Assembly: GCA_039190745.1 (NCBI GenBank)
Contig: JBCCXZ010000019.1
Coordinates: forward strand, 1 to 56,616
Direction of reading: 5' to 3'
DNA: 56,616 nucleotides
DNA from: Planctomycetota bacterium
Lineage (GTDB): Bacteria > Planctomycetota > Planctomycetia > Pirellulales > Lacipirellulaceae
Below are positions 30,801 to 38,533 of this stretch, piece after piece. The translations under genes were made by a program, and so were the position numbers. Under the pieces are notes generated by a model. It ran no database searches and had not been told where the DNA came from. It saw only the letters and a program-made list of their open reading frames with translations. The first letter of the stretch is position 1. Each line of letters starts with the position of its first letter.

Positions 30801-32996
30801 CTAACCGGCGAGACCAGCGTAGTGGGCGACCCCGAGGGCACGATGCTCGACGCGGCGTTTGTCGTCACGCTCGAAGACGCGGTTGACCAGCGGCTCACGC
30901 TCAGCGAGCTCACCTCCAACCGCGGCGGCAGCCCGTTCGACTTTATCTCCTACGGTTTCAGCGGCAACGCCGTGCTGGACTTGGACGTGGCCACCTCGGT
31001 CGCGGGCAACGCGGCGTTCCCGACCTTCTCGTTCAACCTGTTCAGCGACCTGCCGCTGTTGAACTACGGCAACGAGGATGAGGCCGGTTCCGACGAGGAG
31101 CCTACCCTCACGGTGAGCGCCGGCATCGCCGGCGTCGCCGCGGGGCAGGCGGCCAACCTCACGCTCGACGCGGGGGTGATCGCCAGCGGCAACGCCCGCC
31201 TGACCAAGGGCACCGAGCTCGTGTTCGGCAACGACCGCTTGCGGGTCGACAAGACCACGACCATCGCCTCCGAGGGCAGCGCGGTGGTTCCCGTCAGGGT
31301 GGTCGGCCCCGCCGCGGCCACCATCGGCGTCGGCGAAGCGGTCACGCTCGAGAGCGGCGCCTTCAACATCGCCTTCAACGACATCACGCTCGACCTGGGC
31401 GGCTTTGTCAGTGACCTGCTCGGGCCGATCATCACCAGCATCAACGACGTGGTCGAGCCGTTCCGGCCGATCATCGACGTGCTCTCCAGCGAAGTGGAGT
31501 TGCTCTCGAAGATCGGCCTGGCCGGCGTCTTCGACCAGGACGACGACGGCTCCGCCACCCTGGTTGAGGTGGCCCTCACGCTCGCCGGCGGTCTCAATAA
31601 CGGCGACACCGCGGCCCGGTTCACCCGCTTCGTGGACTCTGTGACCGGCGTCATCGAACTGACTGAATCGCTCTCCGCGCTGCAGGCCAGCATCGCGGCG
31701 GGCGAATCGATCGCGATCAACTTCGGCAGCTACCAGCTGCAGAACTTCAAAGGCGGCAGCAGCGCCGAGGACGCCAGCACCGTCGACGCCGAGACGGCCG
31801 GCGTAGCGACCGACCCCGCGATGGCCCCCGAAGATCAAACAATGGCCACCGGCAACAACCGGGTAAGCAACTTCTTCGGCAAGCTCGACGACCTGGGTAT
31901 CTCGCTCGACGTGATCGAGAACCCGCTGAACGTGATCAAGGTCTTCCTCGGCCAGGACATCGACCTGGTCACCTGGGACGTGCCGGAGCTCGACCTGAGC
32001 TTCTCGATCGAGCGGACCTTCCCGGTGTTCGCCGGCATCCGCGGCGTGCTGCAGGGCGATTTTAACGTCTACTCCGACCTGGTCTTCGGATTCGACACGT
32101 TTGGGCTGAGCCGATGGAAGGAAGAGGACTTCGCGGTCGAGGAGGCCTACCTGATCTTCGACGGGTTCTACCTCAGCGACGTCGACCCGGACACGGGCGA
32201 GGACGTCGACGAGCTGACCCTCGAAGCCACGATCGCGGCCGGGGTGGAGGCCAACGCGGTGGTCGCGAAGATCCGCGGCACCGGCGGCATCACGGGCACT
32301 GCGGCCCTCGACTTGGTCGACGGCGGAGAGTACTCCGGAGAGGCCGACGGCCGCATCCGCGGTTCGGAGATCATCGCCGGGCTCCGCAGGCCGCTTGAGT
32401 TGTTCGAGCTTGCCGGTTCGGTCGAGGCGTTCCTCAACATCGTCGTCTCGGTTGGCATCGACCTCGGTTTCTGGTCGATCGAAAAGACCGTGTTCGAGCG
32501 GGAACTGGCTCGGGTAACGCTATTCGAGTTTGAGATCGGCGGCGGAGGAGGCGGGGGTTCGCCGGTGAGCGCTGTGGTCGCCGATACGGGCGTTCCTCAG
32601 GCGGCCCTCTCGAGCGATCCAGTGCAGCCCGCGGGAGCGCCGGTAGAAGCGCCCGCTCAAGCGCCGACTGAGTCGGTCGAGCCGGTCACGCTCTTGGCAG
32701 CCGAGCCGGCTGCCAGCGACACGCCGCTGGTTTCGTCCGACGCCTGGATTGCGTTCATCGAAGGCCCGGCGGACGGCAGGCTCGTCGTCCCGCCGGCGGG
32801 CGGCACGCCCGCGGTCGACGATACCGATGGCGAGCAAGCGTTAGCGGCCGCATTGGATTTCGGCCTCGTAGTGGGCGTTGCCGCCGACGATTACGTGATC
32901 GGCGAAGACACCGACAGCGAGGAGCCGATGGGCGAGCTCGACGCGGTCGACGCGGCGCTGCGGGCGTTCGACGAGGAAGACGCCTTGCTGGTCTAA
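21831..32996 (+). CDS. Giant (3721 aa) acidic secreted/surface protein: planctomycete extracellular N-motif, LamG, Calx-beta/Ig-like domains, FG-GAP/VCBS repeats, dockerin-like unit and many inserted ~75-aa modules
   Basis: RRLRIEELEDRRVLA; DGNWHHV..GAIDEVRIWN; IAEGESSA..DAVDEASET; FTPxNW; DFDNDGDVD/DIDRDGDVE; GDADGNGTVDAAD. Confidence 0.9.
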   Translation: MARMQRFDWNRIHRKPLRPIRRSPASYDRRLRIEELEDRRVLAPVANISFSTDEIFEEEIVFGSGFEDAIQLDGVDDRVRLNAAEAAFDTMTNALTIEAWFRVDTFDGTNQTILSKGNDLWEITRNGTGNSLRFQVESGVVVTGSTNVNDGNWHHVRGTINDNGFASRVELYIDGNLEAFQTINNGGLSTNNANAVIGGNSQIGGRNFAGAIDEVRIWNVDASQVPRREATLSGAEPGLVAYYQFDDGTATDQTGGGGDGVLLGGPTFVDSVRPAITGFVDVQLSEPVTDQPGIILNYTLGGTATQGVDYYSSQLDIATTDANPPTNSIFIAEGESSARISVAALSDAVDEASETVTITLDTSQNPFGLPGPTERYTLGGQTTATINLRDSELFDFGILGANVFGESAVVEGLSLNPSGAATLRVKLASQPTANVTLNVGETVGSGVLSTGSLLFTPSNWDQTQEVTISDLAGLITDDGVRNFLGSVTLTAVSADPTYDPLFTSYGVFDSALNVKLNVDEGAVAQPITPIVGVRRAADAAEGEIEPGVFTISSDVAAPAGGLRVFYAITTGSGSIGSQFNVIDEAGMNSGFVDIPAGEVSATVLIDAIDDAVDDGTALVGIDIVANAAYSIDGGFASAQLDVLDNDPAAIETSTLTNLASLDTDFETLIEVDELFALDVTSFTRTANGYTATVSVGLTADPGAAVTLTLDDANSAATGQLSFGVGDAGPKSLTLDLVEGVDGSLRLDLSTNANASASYNGLSAALPFRRFAAEFDSETFLSTSEDGDDFLFGVRLSSEPTAAVAVTLSSTDASEGQLNTVLNFDNTNWDQYQVVTVVAQDDLFDDGEVEYSIDIDAASTDLNYSGQTADFDLVNEDNETDEDPIFDASDDSPILAGITPLLENPEEGFADGQFQITLSAPAPVGGLVVDYAIFEGSATFDDIDVPEFIERFGDNNPLATTQVESSDTIIGARGLGMADFDNDGDVDALLAIGGAEARFLENVGTPEIPEFVENFAANPLLGVGGNGISVADINGDGDIDVIRQAGNSIRYFENQFVGSGVLSFLEITGPASPFDGLVLTDAFDPALVDIDDDGQLELFITRNNPVLDFFEFNSGSGSYVAAPGSNPLSGATIGFDDKIYFFDIDRDGDVEAFIGRGSTIDYYENVGTAQSAQFVQRTGALDPLDGITSAEPIIAFADIDNNDDVDLFVTNNISLGEVESLTEVRYFEAAFTQQALIPEGQTSLIVDIPVVDDDIDENAESLDIAIVSRLTQSYNIEATSAFDDQFDLVVTQAFNGSNLRVEVDPATVDNITGSSLAAGTVLEFSGGARATLDLDSGLIEPVNGPALIFVTLDPMFPQTIGLGERATATFDSDIRITSTIDFNGSTVGLRIDGEEVVDSLLLTSGTVLPFFGGATATVTEDTVINVFTTTQVPVTVPIGQDLFAFDFTDIVAPPGEVSLVVDEADAGTLALAAGTRLLFSNGSLFEVSRSELLTNKLPGDADGNGTVDAADKAVWEAQFGSTGPGFSADFDFDGDVDIADLMALQRGFGQSDPDAGGVPVAGTIISGGPIPAGATATLVEPGYRVRAELDVTSPLAGGSVGLQIDETAYSSFTIPAGTVLEFGGGAIATVVSDILINNSSGTSVPVTLAANTGSQSIGLGEETSVSDFFESVDLVVDSLFGLDDGFLFLDIATPGVSTYTLVAGTTLVFPDATNGDIVVTVDLTTVINAGSPIDVQVSESFTTPRPLDDIMLGEIAEVTSFEFASRDTITINDNDTAGIALTPDGPAETTEAAGAGNTQTVQVVLQSEPKDNVFVFLGTDGTEALLSDSDETDLASIELLFTPENWNVAQQVTVRGVDDNVDDGDVQYAIRTTVRSTDLEYTDDTVEIRPVIQTDHSIGLGIPLILDELLIGDTLVPDETVLTFNSGAVFELVSDAPLTNTTATGVSGIKSGSIDRIGTNRVGVVNDGDELTVLEVTSDFAGGTVGLRLDSGQSSVLAATLLAGKHLRFSNGAEAVVTADATLNNTAGVLVSVTLTGDPVTTAHTSLFEENVRVDTAYDSGTTEIGLRVEDPSIGAIAFAAGTEFEFSNGALATLPGLTVLNNSDETSVAVNLNPNIMTTKASAFYTERLVEDLVFTSIDDDGAGVRVTQTDETIAVTEGFSNNLFTVVLESEPTAPVFVTLDPSDENLRLRDEFMGEAITIEFDATNWDVPQTIQVSAVDDSVLEYDHMSTVVISVVSADLGFDGFAVNPIEVFINDDEVPSANVIAVAGAIEANAPGYFVIELDTPAPTGFGQTGIEVSYSLGGTADSDPLGVNTQDVQPISGTALIAPGETRSPLIAFPIDDFKAEGVDLTVTSVFTSPSDGTSSPINLQIDEQPFTVGAGGYNSGTVELTLTGSIPDPGAGETTVLGQGTTLFFASTGTTVLVTETVIVSETGVTEVKVDADPGAIGVGTNVFQQIPLPAGSELRFSGGDVLTTTAAATLTNQNATAVQAAAAVGTTVSIAASTATRLQGDSLTVSIDPGPGYGLGAQSTAGISILDNDKPGVRILQVGDATTVAEDEDGAQFLISLLSEPVSNVDIGVSTNPTDLTIGVGAAYTSADTTVALQIQETGVDSVLLPAGVYTFTGGTITLASDTVVFSGKETSVAATVTGTIGASDTAMYSYEELSLDDTLLSFTPTNWFQLQPITVSALDDLVVEFGEIHFSDLSFGVASTDPDYNLFTVPDLSIEVIDRRFDKENTSNAIAQGFLALQDSIESVDLPVLGDFGDVAPSFIMEFLGGVIEEIRSADSVTAETLREAFNTGINTVLDVETLTVEVTNIATDELGFLLTLADTLTEDVPLNSDLGLEALNIGIETQGDIELTVDYGLSLGFGINATDGFFIDTDATAFEVSSSVVLSEGFSATGELGFLQLDITNALAPVNVSVAVDFDELNDVEIQLQIDDAGIDSFTLEAGTVIEFDGGSQVTVDEDTDIVNTGATAVAVSGGTGPVLTGETSVVGDPEGTMLDAAFVVTLEDAVDQRLTLSELTSNRGGSPFDFISYGFSGNAVLDLDVATSVAGNAAFPTFSFNLFSDLPLLNYGNEDEAGSDEEPTLTVSAGIAGVAAGQAANLTLDAGVIASGNARLTKGTELVFGNDRLRVDKTTTIASEGSAVVPVRVVGPAAATIGVGEAVTLESGAFNIAFNDITLDLGGFVSDLLGPIITSINDVVEPFRPIIDVLSSEVELLSKIGLAGVFDQDDDGSATLVEVALTLAGGLNNGDTAARFTRFVDSVTGVIELTESLSALQASIAAGESIAINFGSYQLQNFKGGSSAEDASTVDAETAGVATDPAMAPEDQTMATGNNRVSNFFGKLDDLGISLDVIENPLNVIKVFLGQDIDLVTWDVPELDLSFSIERTFPVFAGIRGVLQGDFNVYSDLVFGFDTFGLSRWKEEDFAVEEAYLIFDGFYLSDVDPDTGEDVDELTLEATIAAGVEANAVVAKIRGTGGITGTAALDLVDGGEYSGEADGRIRGSEIIAGLRRPLELFELAGSVEAFLNIVVSVGIDLGFWSIEKTVFERELARVTLFEFEIGGGGGGGSPVSAVVADTGVPQAALSSDPVQPAGAPVEAPAQAPTESVEPVTLLAAEPAASDTPLVSSDAWIAFIEGPADGRLVVPPAGGTPAVDDTDGEQALAAALDFGLVVGVAADDYVIGEDTDSEEPMGELDAVDAALRAFDEEDALLV

Positions 32997-33050
32997 GCCT
33001 GTGCGGGGCAAGGTTGGGGGAAGCGACTGCGACGGTAGCTGCGTTTGCGA

Positions 33051-34892
33051 CTACTGCTGCTCGCCGAAGTCCACCTTCTCGTATTTCACGCGGAGGTTCA
33101 GCATCTCTTCCTCGCTCAGCAGCCCGTAGCGGACCGTTGCTTCGGGGTCTGGGTTGTTCGGGTTGTAGTGCGAGTTGTCGAAGTGCGTCACCGCGAACAG
33201 AGCCTCGCCCGCCCGCAGGCGCAAAGGTCTCTTGAACTCGTACGTGCGCTGCCAGTTGAAATCGTAGGCCGAGACTCTCAGGATCAGCTCTCGCGTCTCG
33301 TCGGACGTTCCCGGCTTCTTGGCTCTGTAGAGCGTGAAGTCTTTCCCGCGGAAGTGCATGTGCGGTGCGAGGGCGTGGATCAGCGCGTCGGTCTCAAGCA
33401 TGAAGTAATTCCGCTTCTCGTAGTGGCCGTCGTGCGGTCGGAGGCGGAGGTCTTTGCGGTTGAAGACCTTGGTTTCGAGCACGTGGTCGGGCGCTTCACG
33501 GGACCAGATGATGCCCATCCTCGAGATGTCCGGTTCCTCAACCCGGCCGGTGGGCGTGTAGTGCATCTCGAAGTACAGGTCTTGGCGGGCCGGCAGGCGG
33601 AGGGCGTACCCCCGCGGGTACGTCCGGGCGTTGAACGGGTCGCCGGCGACGTAGTCTCCGACCTTCCGGACCTTCTCGCCGGTGAGCCCGTAGAGCCGGA
33701 GCATCGCTTGGGTCGACGAGAGCTGGTCTTTGGAGGCGGGCCCCACGATCACGCCGATGTGGTGCACAATCGCCTTGTTGCCGGGCTGGACCTCGATCGC
33801 TTGGATGTAGCGGTCTTCCTCGAACCGGGCCGGGACGCGGTAGTACTGGTATTCGTCGAGCTGGTACTGGGGCACCTGGTAAGGCTCGGGCATCTCGAAC
33901 ACCAGATCGGGCGTCCCGATTTGCCACTGGGCGTTCGGGTACGTCCGCTTGGCGGGCGCGTCTCCGGGGTCGCCGGCGGGGCAGCCGTTCTCGACCCAGG
34001 CCCGGAACGTCTTAATCTCGTCCTTCGACAGCCGGGGGTCGTTCTTGAAGCCGCCCGTGTCGGTCTCTTCGCTGGGCGTGGCGTGCCAGGGGGGCATCAG
34101 CCGGTTCTCGATGCGGTTGAGCATCACCGCGCTGAGCCCCGCCACGTCTTCGTAGGAGTCGAAGGTTGAGAAGAGCTCGGCCCCGGGTTCCCCCTCGCGG
34201 TGGCAGCTCGCGCAGCGGCGCTGGACGAGGCGGGCGATCTCGTTGTGGTAGGTGACGCCCTGGAAGCCGGAGAGGTCGTACACGGGGTCTTTGGCGATCA
34301 GGCAGCCGGAGGCGGCGGTCTCGCGGATCGGCACCGGCTGCCCGGCAAGGAAGCTCTCGAGGGCGTCCCGCAGGTAGTGGCGGCGTTGCTTCGTAGAGCC
34401 GCCGCCGAACCACATGCCGTTGATCTGCCCCCGGTAGACTATTGCCGATGCGTCGTAACCCAGTCGCGTGTCGAGCACGACCACCTGCGGCGTGGTTTTC
34501 ATCCTGAGTTCCGCGTGCCACGGGGTGTCGGCGTCGTCTTTGTAGACGGGGAAAGCGACCCCGTGTTCGACGGCGTACTCGGCGATCTCGTGCAGGTTGT
34601 CGACGCCGTTGGTGAAGAGGCCGATGAACTGCACCCCCTCGGCGGCGAACCGGGCGCTCAGGTCGTTCAGGCCCGGGAGGTTCCGCCGCACGAGCGGGCA
34701 GGCGGTCGAGGCGGTGACGACCACCAGGGCGCGGCACTTGCGCGACTCGTAGTTGTAGGCCAGTTGCTCCGGCACCGCGGTGTCGCCCCACCGACCGGTG
34801 AGGACCGGACGCTGCGCCGATACCGTTTCTGCGGCCTGCACCGCCAGGAGAACCCCGACTGTCGTTTTCCAACAAAACCGCAAAAGCGACAT
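33051..34892 (-). CDS. Secreted redoxin + c-type heme motif + copper type II (PHM/DBH-like) monooxygenase-domain protein
   Basis: TACP..YRGQI..GCLI redoxin, CASCH, MPPW, IVHHI, MHY, PHMHFRGK, YDFNWQ, EEM; start MSLLRF inferred. Confidence 0.85.
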   Translation of the reverse strand: MSLLRFCWKTTVGVLLAVQAAETVSAQRPVLTGRWGDTAVPEQLAYNYESRKCRALVVVTASTACPLVRRNLPGLNDLSARFAAEGVQFIGLFTNGVDNLHEIAEYAVEHGVAFPVYKDDADTPWHAELRMKTTPQVVVLDTRLGYDASAIVYRGQINGMWFGGGSTKQRRHYLRDALESFLAGQPVPIRETAASGCLIAKDPVYDLSGFQGVTYHNEIARLVQRRCASCHREGEPGAELFSTFDSYEDVAGLSAVMLNRIENRLMPPWHATPSEETDTGGFKNDPRLSKDEIKTFRAWVENGCPAGDPGDAPAKRTYPNAQWQIGTPDLVFEMPEPYQVPQYQLDEYQYYRVPARFEEDRYIQAIEVQPGNKAIVHHIGVIVGPASKDQLSSTQAMLRLYGLTGEKVRKVGDYVAGDPFNARTYPRGYALRLPARQDLYFEMHYTPTGRVEEPDISRMGIIWSREAPDHVLETKVFNRKDLRLRPHDGHYEKRNYFMLETDALIHALAPHMHFRGKDFTLYRAKKPGTSDETRELILRVSAYDFNWQRTYEFKRPLRLRAGEALFAVTHFDNSHYNPNNPDPEATVRYGLLSEEEMLNLRVKYEKVDFGEQQ

Positions 34893-34999
34893 AACAGGAC
34901 CTGGCTCGTTTCGATTTCGGGGGTTCGCCCTCCACTCAACTGCATCGGACAACTCTCCGTCCATTCCACACGACGAAACGCCGATACAGTACGAACGTC

Positions 35000-36928
35000 A
35001 TGAGAGGCTCAATCGCTGCTGCGGCAATCACCCTGATCCTACCGCCGTGGTCGGCGGTCTGCGGCCCCGCGCTGGCGGGACCGGGTTCGCCTGCGCCCGA
35101 TTTCGCGGCCGCTGCAGATCGCTACGAGGCGATCGACGCGCAGTGGTTTCACGCCTCGCAGGAGGCCCTCCGGGACGAAGTCGAGCGTGTGGCCGGGTTG
35201 CTCGATGACTCTGAAGCGGCCGACTGGAAGGCCCATCTGCGGTGGGGCCTGCTGGAAGAGGCGGCCCGGGCTCCGCTGCCCGGCAGGCTCGACGACCTCG
35301 CCCTGGTCCGCAGGTGGATGTACTCCAACAAGCCGGGGCTGGAATCGGAACGCTTCGCGGACCTCCGGCGTCTGGTGGACGAGCACCTCGACGCGGTGAC
35401 GGCGTTCTCCGAGGCCGACCTGCAGTCGGCGGTGAGGCAGAATGCCGCAACCGCAGCAGGGCTTTCCAAGATGCTTGAAGAGAGCCCTTCTGAGACCACC
35501 GCCGCGGAGCTCGGGCGTCTGCTCGGTTGGTTCGACCGTGTGCGGCAACTCCCTGAAGAGACAGCGGCCGCCCGCCTGCGGTACTCACGCCCCAACATCG
35601 AGTTGCTGGTATCCAATGGGCTAATCCAACGCATCTTCTCGCACCAGACCGGCGAGCTCACAGAAACTATCCCGCTGCGGCAGAAGACCAAAGCCCCGGC
35701 GACGCGCCGTTTACAGCGGGAGCGGACGCTCGACGTCTCTGGCAACGCAACGACCACGGGGGCCGTTTCGTTGAACATTACTCCAAGCGACGGGCGGGCC
35801 GCTTTCGAGATCGTCTACCAGGGTACACTCGACGCGGAGTGCCGCGCCGACGCGGGGCCCGTGGTGCTGCACCTCCGTGCCCGCGGGAACGCAACCGCTG
35901 CGGCTCCGGTGTACTTCGGCCTAGACGGCCTGTCGAGCGGGGAGATCGACGTGCAGCCGGTTGTGTCGTCACGACTCACCGGGGTTACCGGGAAGAGCCG
36001 GTTCCTGCGGGAGGTCGCCCGGCGGCGTGCGTCGCATCCGACTTCACAAGCTACCCAAAACCGCGAAGCCCGGTCCACGGCGGTCGAACAGCTCGGCAAG
36101 CAGCTCGAGGAGCAGGTCGCCTTCCAGCTCGACAAGATCCGGCGGGAAGCAAACCAGCTCCGCAGTTCGGTCAGCGGCCTGAGCGACGTCACGGCCCCGC
36201 TGGTCCGCGAGGGCGCGATGCCCCGTTTCGATTCGACACGCAGCACGGACCGCCACATGGTGCTCGGCGTCGCGGCCCGCAACCGCGACCAACTCGGGGC
36301 GGTAGCCCCGCCGCCGCCCGAGACCGCCGCCGACCTGACGGCACGCTTCCACGTCTCGGCCTTCAACAACATGGCGGAAACGATCACGGGGGGTAAGCGG
36401 CTCAGCGACGAGTTCTTCATGCGTTACGCGAAGCTGCTGCACGCCGAGCTGCCGATCCCGCTGATGGTCCACTCGCGCGCCGGGCGGTGGGCGGTCTGGC
36501 CGACCAAGCTCCGGCCGTTTGAGCTGCGCATCCCGGGCGACGACCGGTTCGACTTCGTCATCCGCTTAGACCGCGTCGAGATCGACGAACAGTTCTACGA
36601 CGGGCCTGTGGAGCTGACGGCGTCTTATGCGTTGCAAGCAGACGACGATGGCGAGGTCGGGCTGATCCGTCAGGGGGACCTTCAGATTGAGACCGAACTC
36701 CCCACCGGGCCGCGGCTGCTGGTGCTTGAGAAGCTCGGCGCGTTCTTCGGGCCAACGCTCACCGGCGGCGGCGTGATCGTCCCCCGCGGCGGGCCGCTGG
36801 GCCTGTTCCAGAATCTGCGGCTCGAACGCCATACGGCACGCGACGAGTGGATCGTCCTGGAGATGAACGTCCCGGATTCGGTATTGGCCGAGTTCAACCA
36901 CTGGCGGGCGGAGCGGGGGCTTGAGTAG
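35000..36928 (+). CDS. Large secreted hypothetical protein
   Basis: 642-aa ORF with signal peptide, helical N-part (WKAHLRW, PGLE..RF) and long beta-rich C-part. Confidence 0.75.
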   Translation: MRGSIAAAAITLILPPWSAVCGPALAGPGSPAPDFAAAADRYEAIDAQWFHASQEALRDEVERVAGLLDDSEAADWKAHLRWGLLEEAARAPLPGRLDDLALVRRWMYSNKPGLESERFADLRRLVDEHLDAVTAFSEADLQSAVRQNAATAAGLSKMLEESPSETTAAELGRLLGWFDRVRQLPEETAAARLRYSRPNIELLVSNGLIQRIFSHQTGELTETIPLRQKTKAPATRRLQRERTLDVSGNATTTGAVSLNITPSDGRAAFEIVYQGTLDAECRADAGPVVLHLRARGNATAAAPVYFGLDGLSSGEIDVQPVVSSRLTGVTGKSRFLREVARRRASHPTSQATQNREARSTAVEQLGKQLEEQVAFQLDKIRREANQLRSSVSGLSDVTAPLVREGAMPRFDSTRSTDRHMVLGVAARNRDQLGAVAPPPPETAADLTARFHVSAFNNMAETITGGKRLSDEFFMRYAKLLHAELPIPLMVHSRAGRWAVWPTKLRPFELRIPGDDRFDFVIRLDRVEIDEQFYDGPVELTASYALQADDDGEVGLIRQGDLQIETELPTGPRLLVLEKLGAFFGPTLTGGGVIVPRGGPLGLFQNLRLERHTARDEWIVLEMNVPDSVLAEFNHWRAERGLE

Positions 36929-37005
36929 CCGCGGCGTTCTGTTTACCACTTCTCTGGAAGAGTTGTGAGTGGCCCTCAGGTCTGTGGCTTGCAACGCCCG
37001 AGGCG

Positions 37006-38508
37006 CTAGGCGGGGTCCTCTGCCGGAACCCCGAGTTCCTCGCGCTGCCGTTTGAGTTCTTGCTCTAGCCGGCGCCGCACCTCTACATAGGCGGGGTTGT
37101 CGGCGACGTTCTGTACTTCGTCGCGGTCGTTGTGCAGGTCGTACAACTCCCAGTAGTCGAGGTCCGGCTCGTAGAAATGGATCAGCTTGAACCGGCCGTC
37201 GGTGACCCCGTAGTGCCGTCTTACTGAGTGCCAGCCGGGGTATTCGTAATAGTGATAGTAGAACGAACGCCGCCAGTCTTCCGGTGTTGCGCCTTGCAGA
37301 ATCGGCAAGAGCGACCGGCCTTGGAGGTCCGACGGCTTCTCGACGCCGGCAGCTTCCAGGAACGTCGCCGCGAAGTCGAGCGGCGAGACGATGTCTTCGC
37401 TGTACGAGCCGGGCGCGGCGACCCCCGGCCAGCGAACGATGCACGGCGTACGGAGCGACTCTTCGTACATCCAGCGTTTGTCAAACCACCCGTGCTCGCC
37501 GAGGTAGAAGCCCTGGTCGGAGCAGTAGACCACCATCGTGTTTTCAGCCAGCCCCGACTCGTCGAGGTAGCCCAAGACCCTAGCGAGTTGGTCGTCGACC
37601 GCCGCGACGCAGCGTAAGTAGTCCTTAATGTACCGCTGGTATTTCCACCGTGTGAGTGCGTCGCCGGTCAGGCCGGCTTTGTGGAAGGCTTGGTTCCTCC
37701 GGCCGTAAGCGGACTCCCACTCGGCTCGCTGAGTCTTTGTGAGGTTCTCCGGCGCGACCAGCTTGAGATCGCGGTCGTTCATCGTCTCGGCGATTGTCAT
37801 GTCCTGCTGCCGCACCGCGGGTCCGCGCTCGCGGTAGTCCTCGAACAGCGAGGGCGGCTCGGGGATGTTGGCGTCTTCGTAGAGACTCAGGTAGCCAGGG
37901 CCGGGGTCCCACGGTCGGTGCGGGGCCTTGTGCTGGTACATCAGCATGAATGGCTTACTGACCGAACGTTTCTCCTGGAGCCAAGCAAGGGCCAGATCGG
38001 TGATGACCTCGGTGGTGTAGCCGGTGCGCTTGACCCGCTCGCCGTTGCGGAGCATGGGAGGGTTGTAGTACGGGCCTTGGCCGATCAACACGTCTGAGTA
38101 GTCGAAACCCGTCGGCGTCGAGCCCAGGTGCCACTTGCCGATCACCGCGGTTTCGTAGCCCGCGGCCTGCAGCAGCTTTGGGAACGTCTGTTGCGAGCCG
38201 TCGAACTTGTTTCCGTTTACCAAGAAGCCGTTGGCGTGGCTGTACTTGCCGGTGAGGACGGTCGCCCGGCACGGGCCGCAGATGGAGTTGGGCACGTAGC
38301 ACCGGTCGAACCGCATGCCTTCGCGTGCCAGTCGGTCGATGTTCGGCGTGGTGTTGATCCGAGAACCGTAGGCGCTGATGGCCTGGTAGGCGTGGTCGTC
38401 GGTAAACACCAGCAGGATGTTCGGACGGTCTTGGGCCGAAGTGCTCAGCGTCGCGAAGAGTTGCAGCCCAACCAGCAGCGCTGTGGCCAACGTTGTCTTT
38501 AAGGTCAT
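37006..38508 (-). CDS. Formylglycine-dependent (S1) sulfatase
   Basis: [24 protein letters not shown] (CxPxR), [22 protein letters not shown]; signal peptide from MTLKTT. Confidence 0.95.
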   Translation of the reverse strand: MTLKTTLATALLVGLQLFATLSTSAQDRPNILLVFTDDHAYQAISAYGSRINTTPNIDRLAREGMRFDRCYVPNSICGPCRATVLTGKYSHANGFLVNGNKFDGSQQTFPKLLQAAGYETAVIGKWHLGSTPTGFDYSDVLIGQGPYYNPPMLRNGERVKRTGYTTEVITDLALAWLQEKRSVSKPFMLMYQHKAPHRPWDPGPGYLSLYEDANIPEPPSLFEDYRERGPAVRQQDMTIAETMNDRDLKLVAPENLTKTQRAEWESAYGRRNQAFHKAGLTGDALTRWKYQRYIKDYLRCVAAVDDQLARVLGYLDESGLAENTMVVYCSDQGFYLGEHGWFDKRWMYEESLRTPCIVRWPGVAAPGSYSEDIVSPLDFAATFLEAAGVEKPSDLQGRSLLPILQGATPEDWRRSFYYHYYEYPGWHSVRRHYGVTDGRFKLIHFYEPDLDYWELYDLHNDRDEVQNVADNPAYVEVRRRLEQELKRQREELGVPAEDPA

Positions 38509-38533
38509 GACCAGCCTGATGTGTGCGCGGCGG

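Noticed and set aside
38265..38290. Sulfatase motif CGPCR with a second Cys
   Set aside because: Still fits CxPxR; within normal variation
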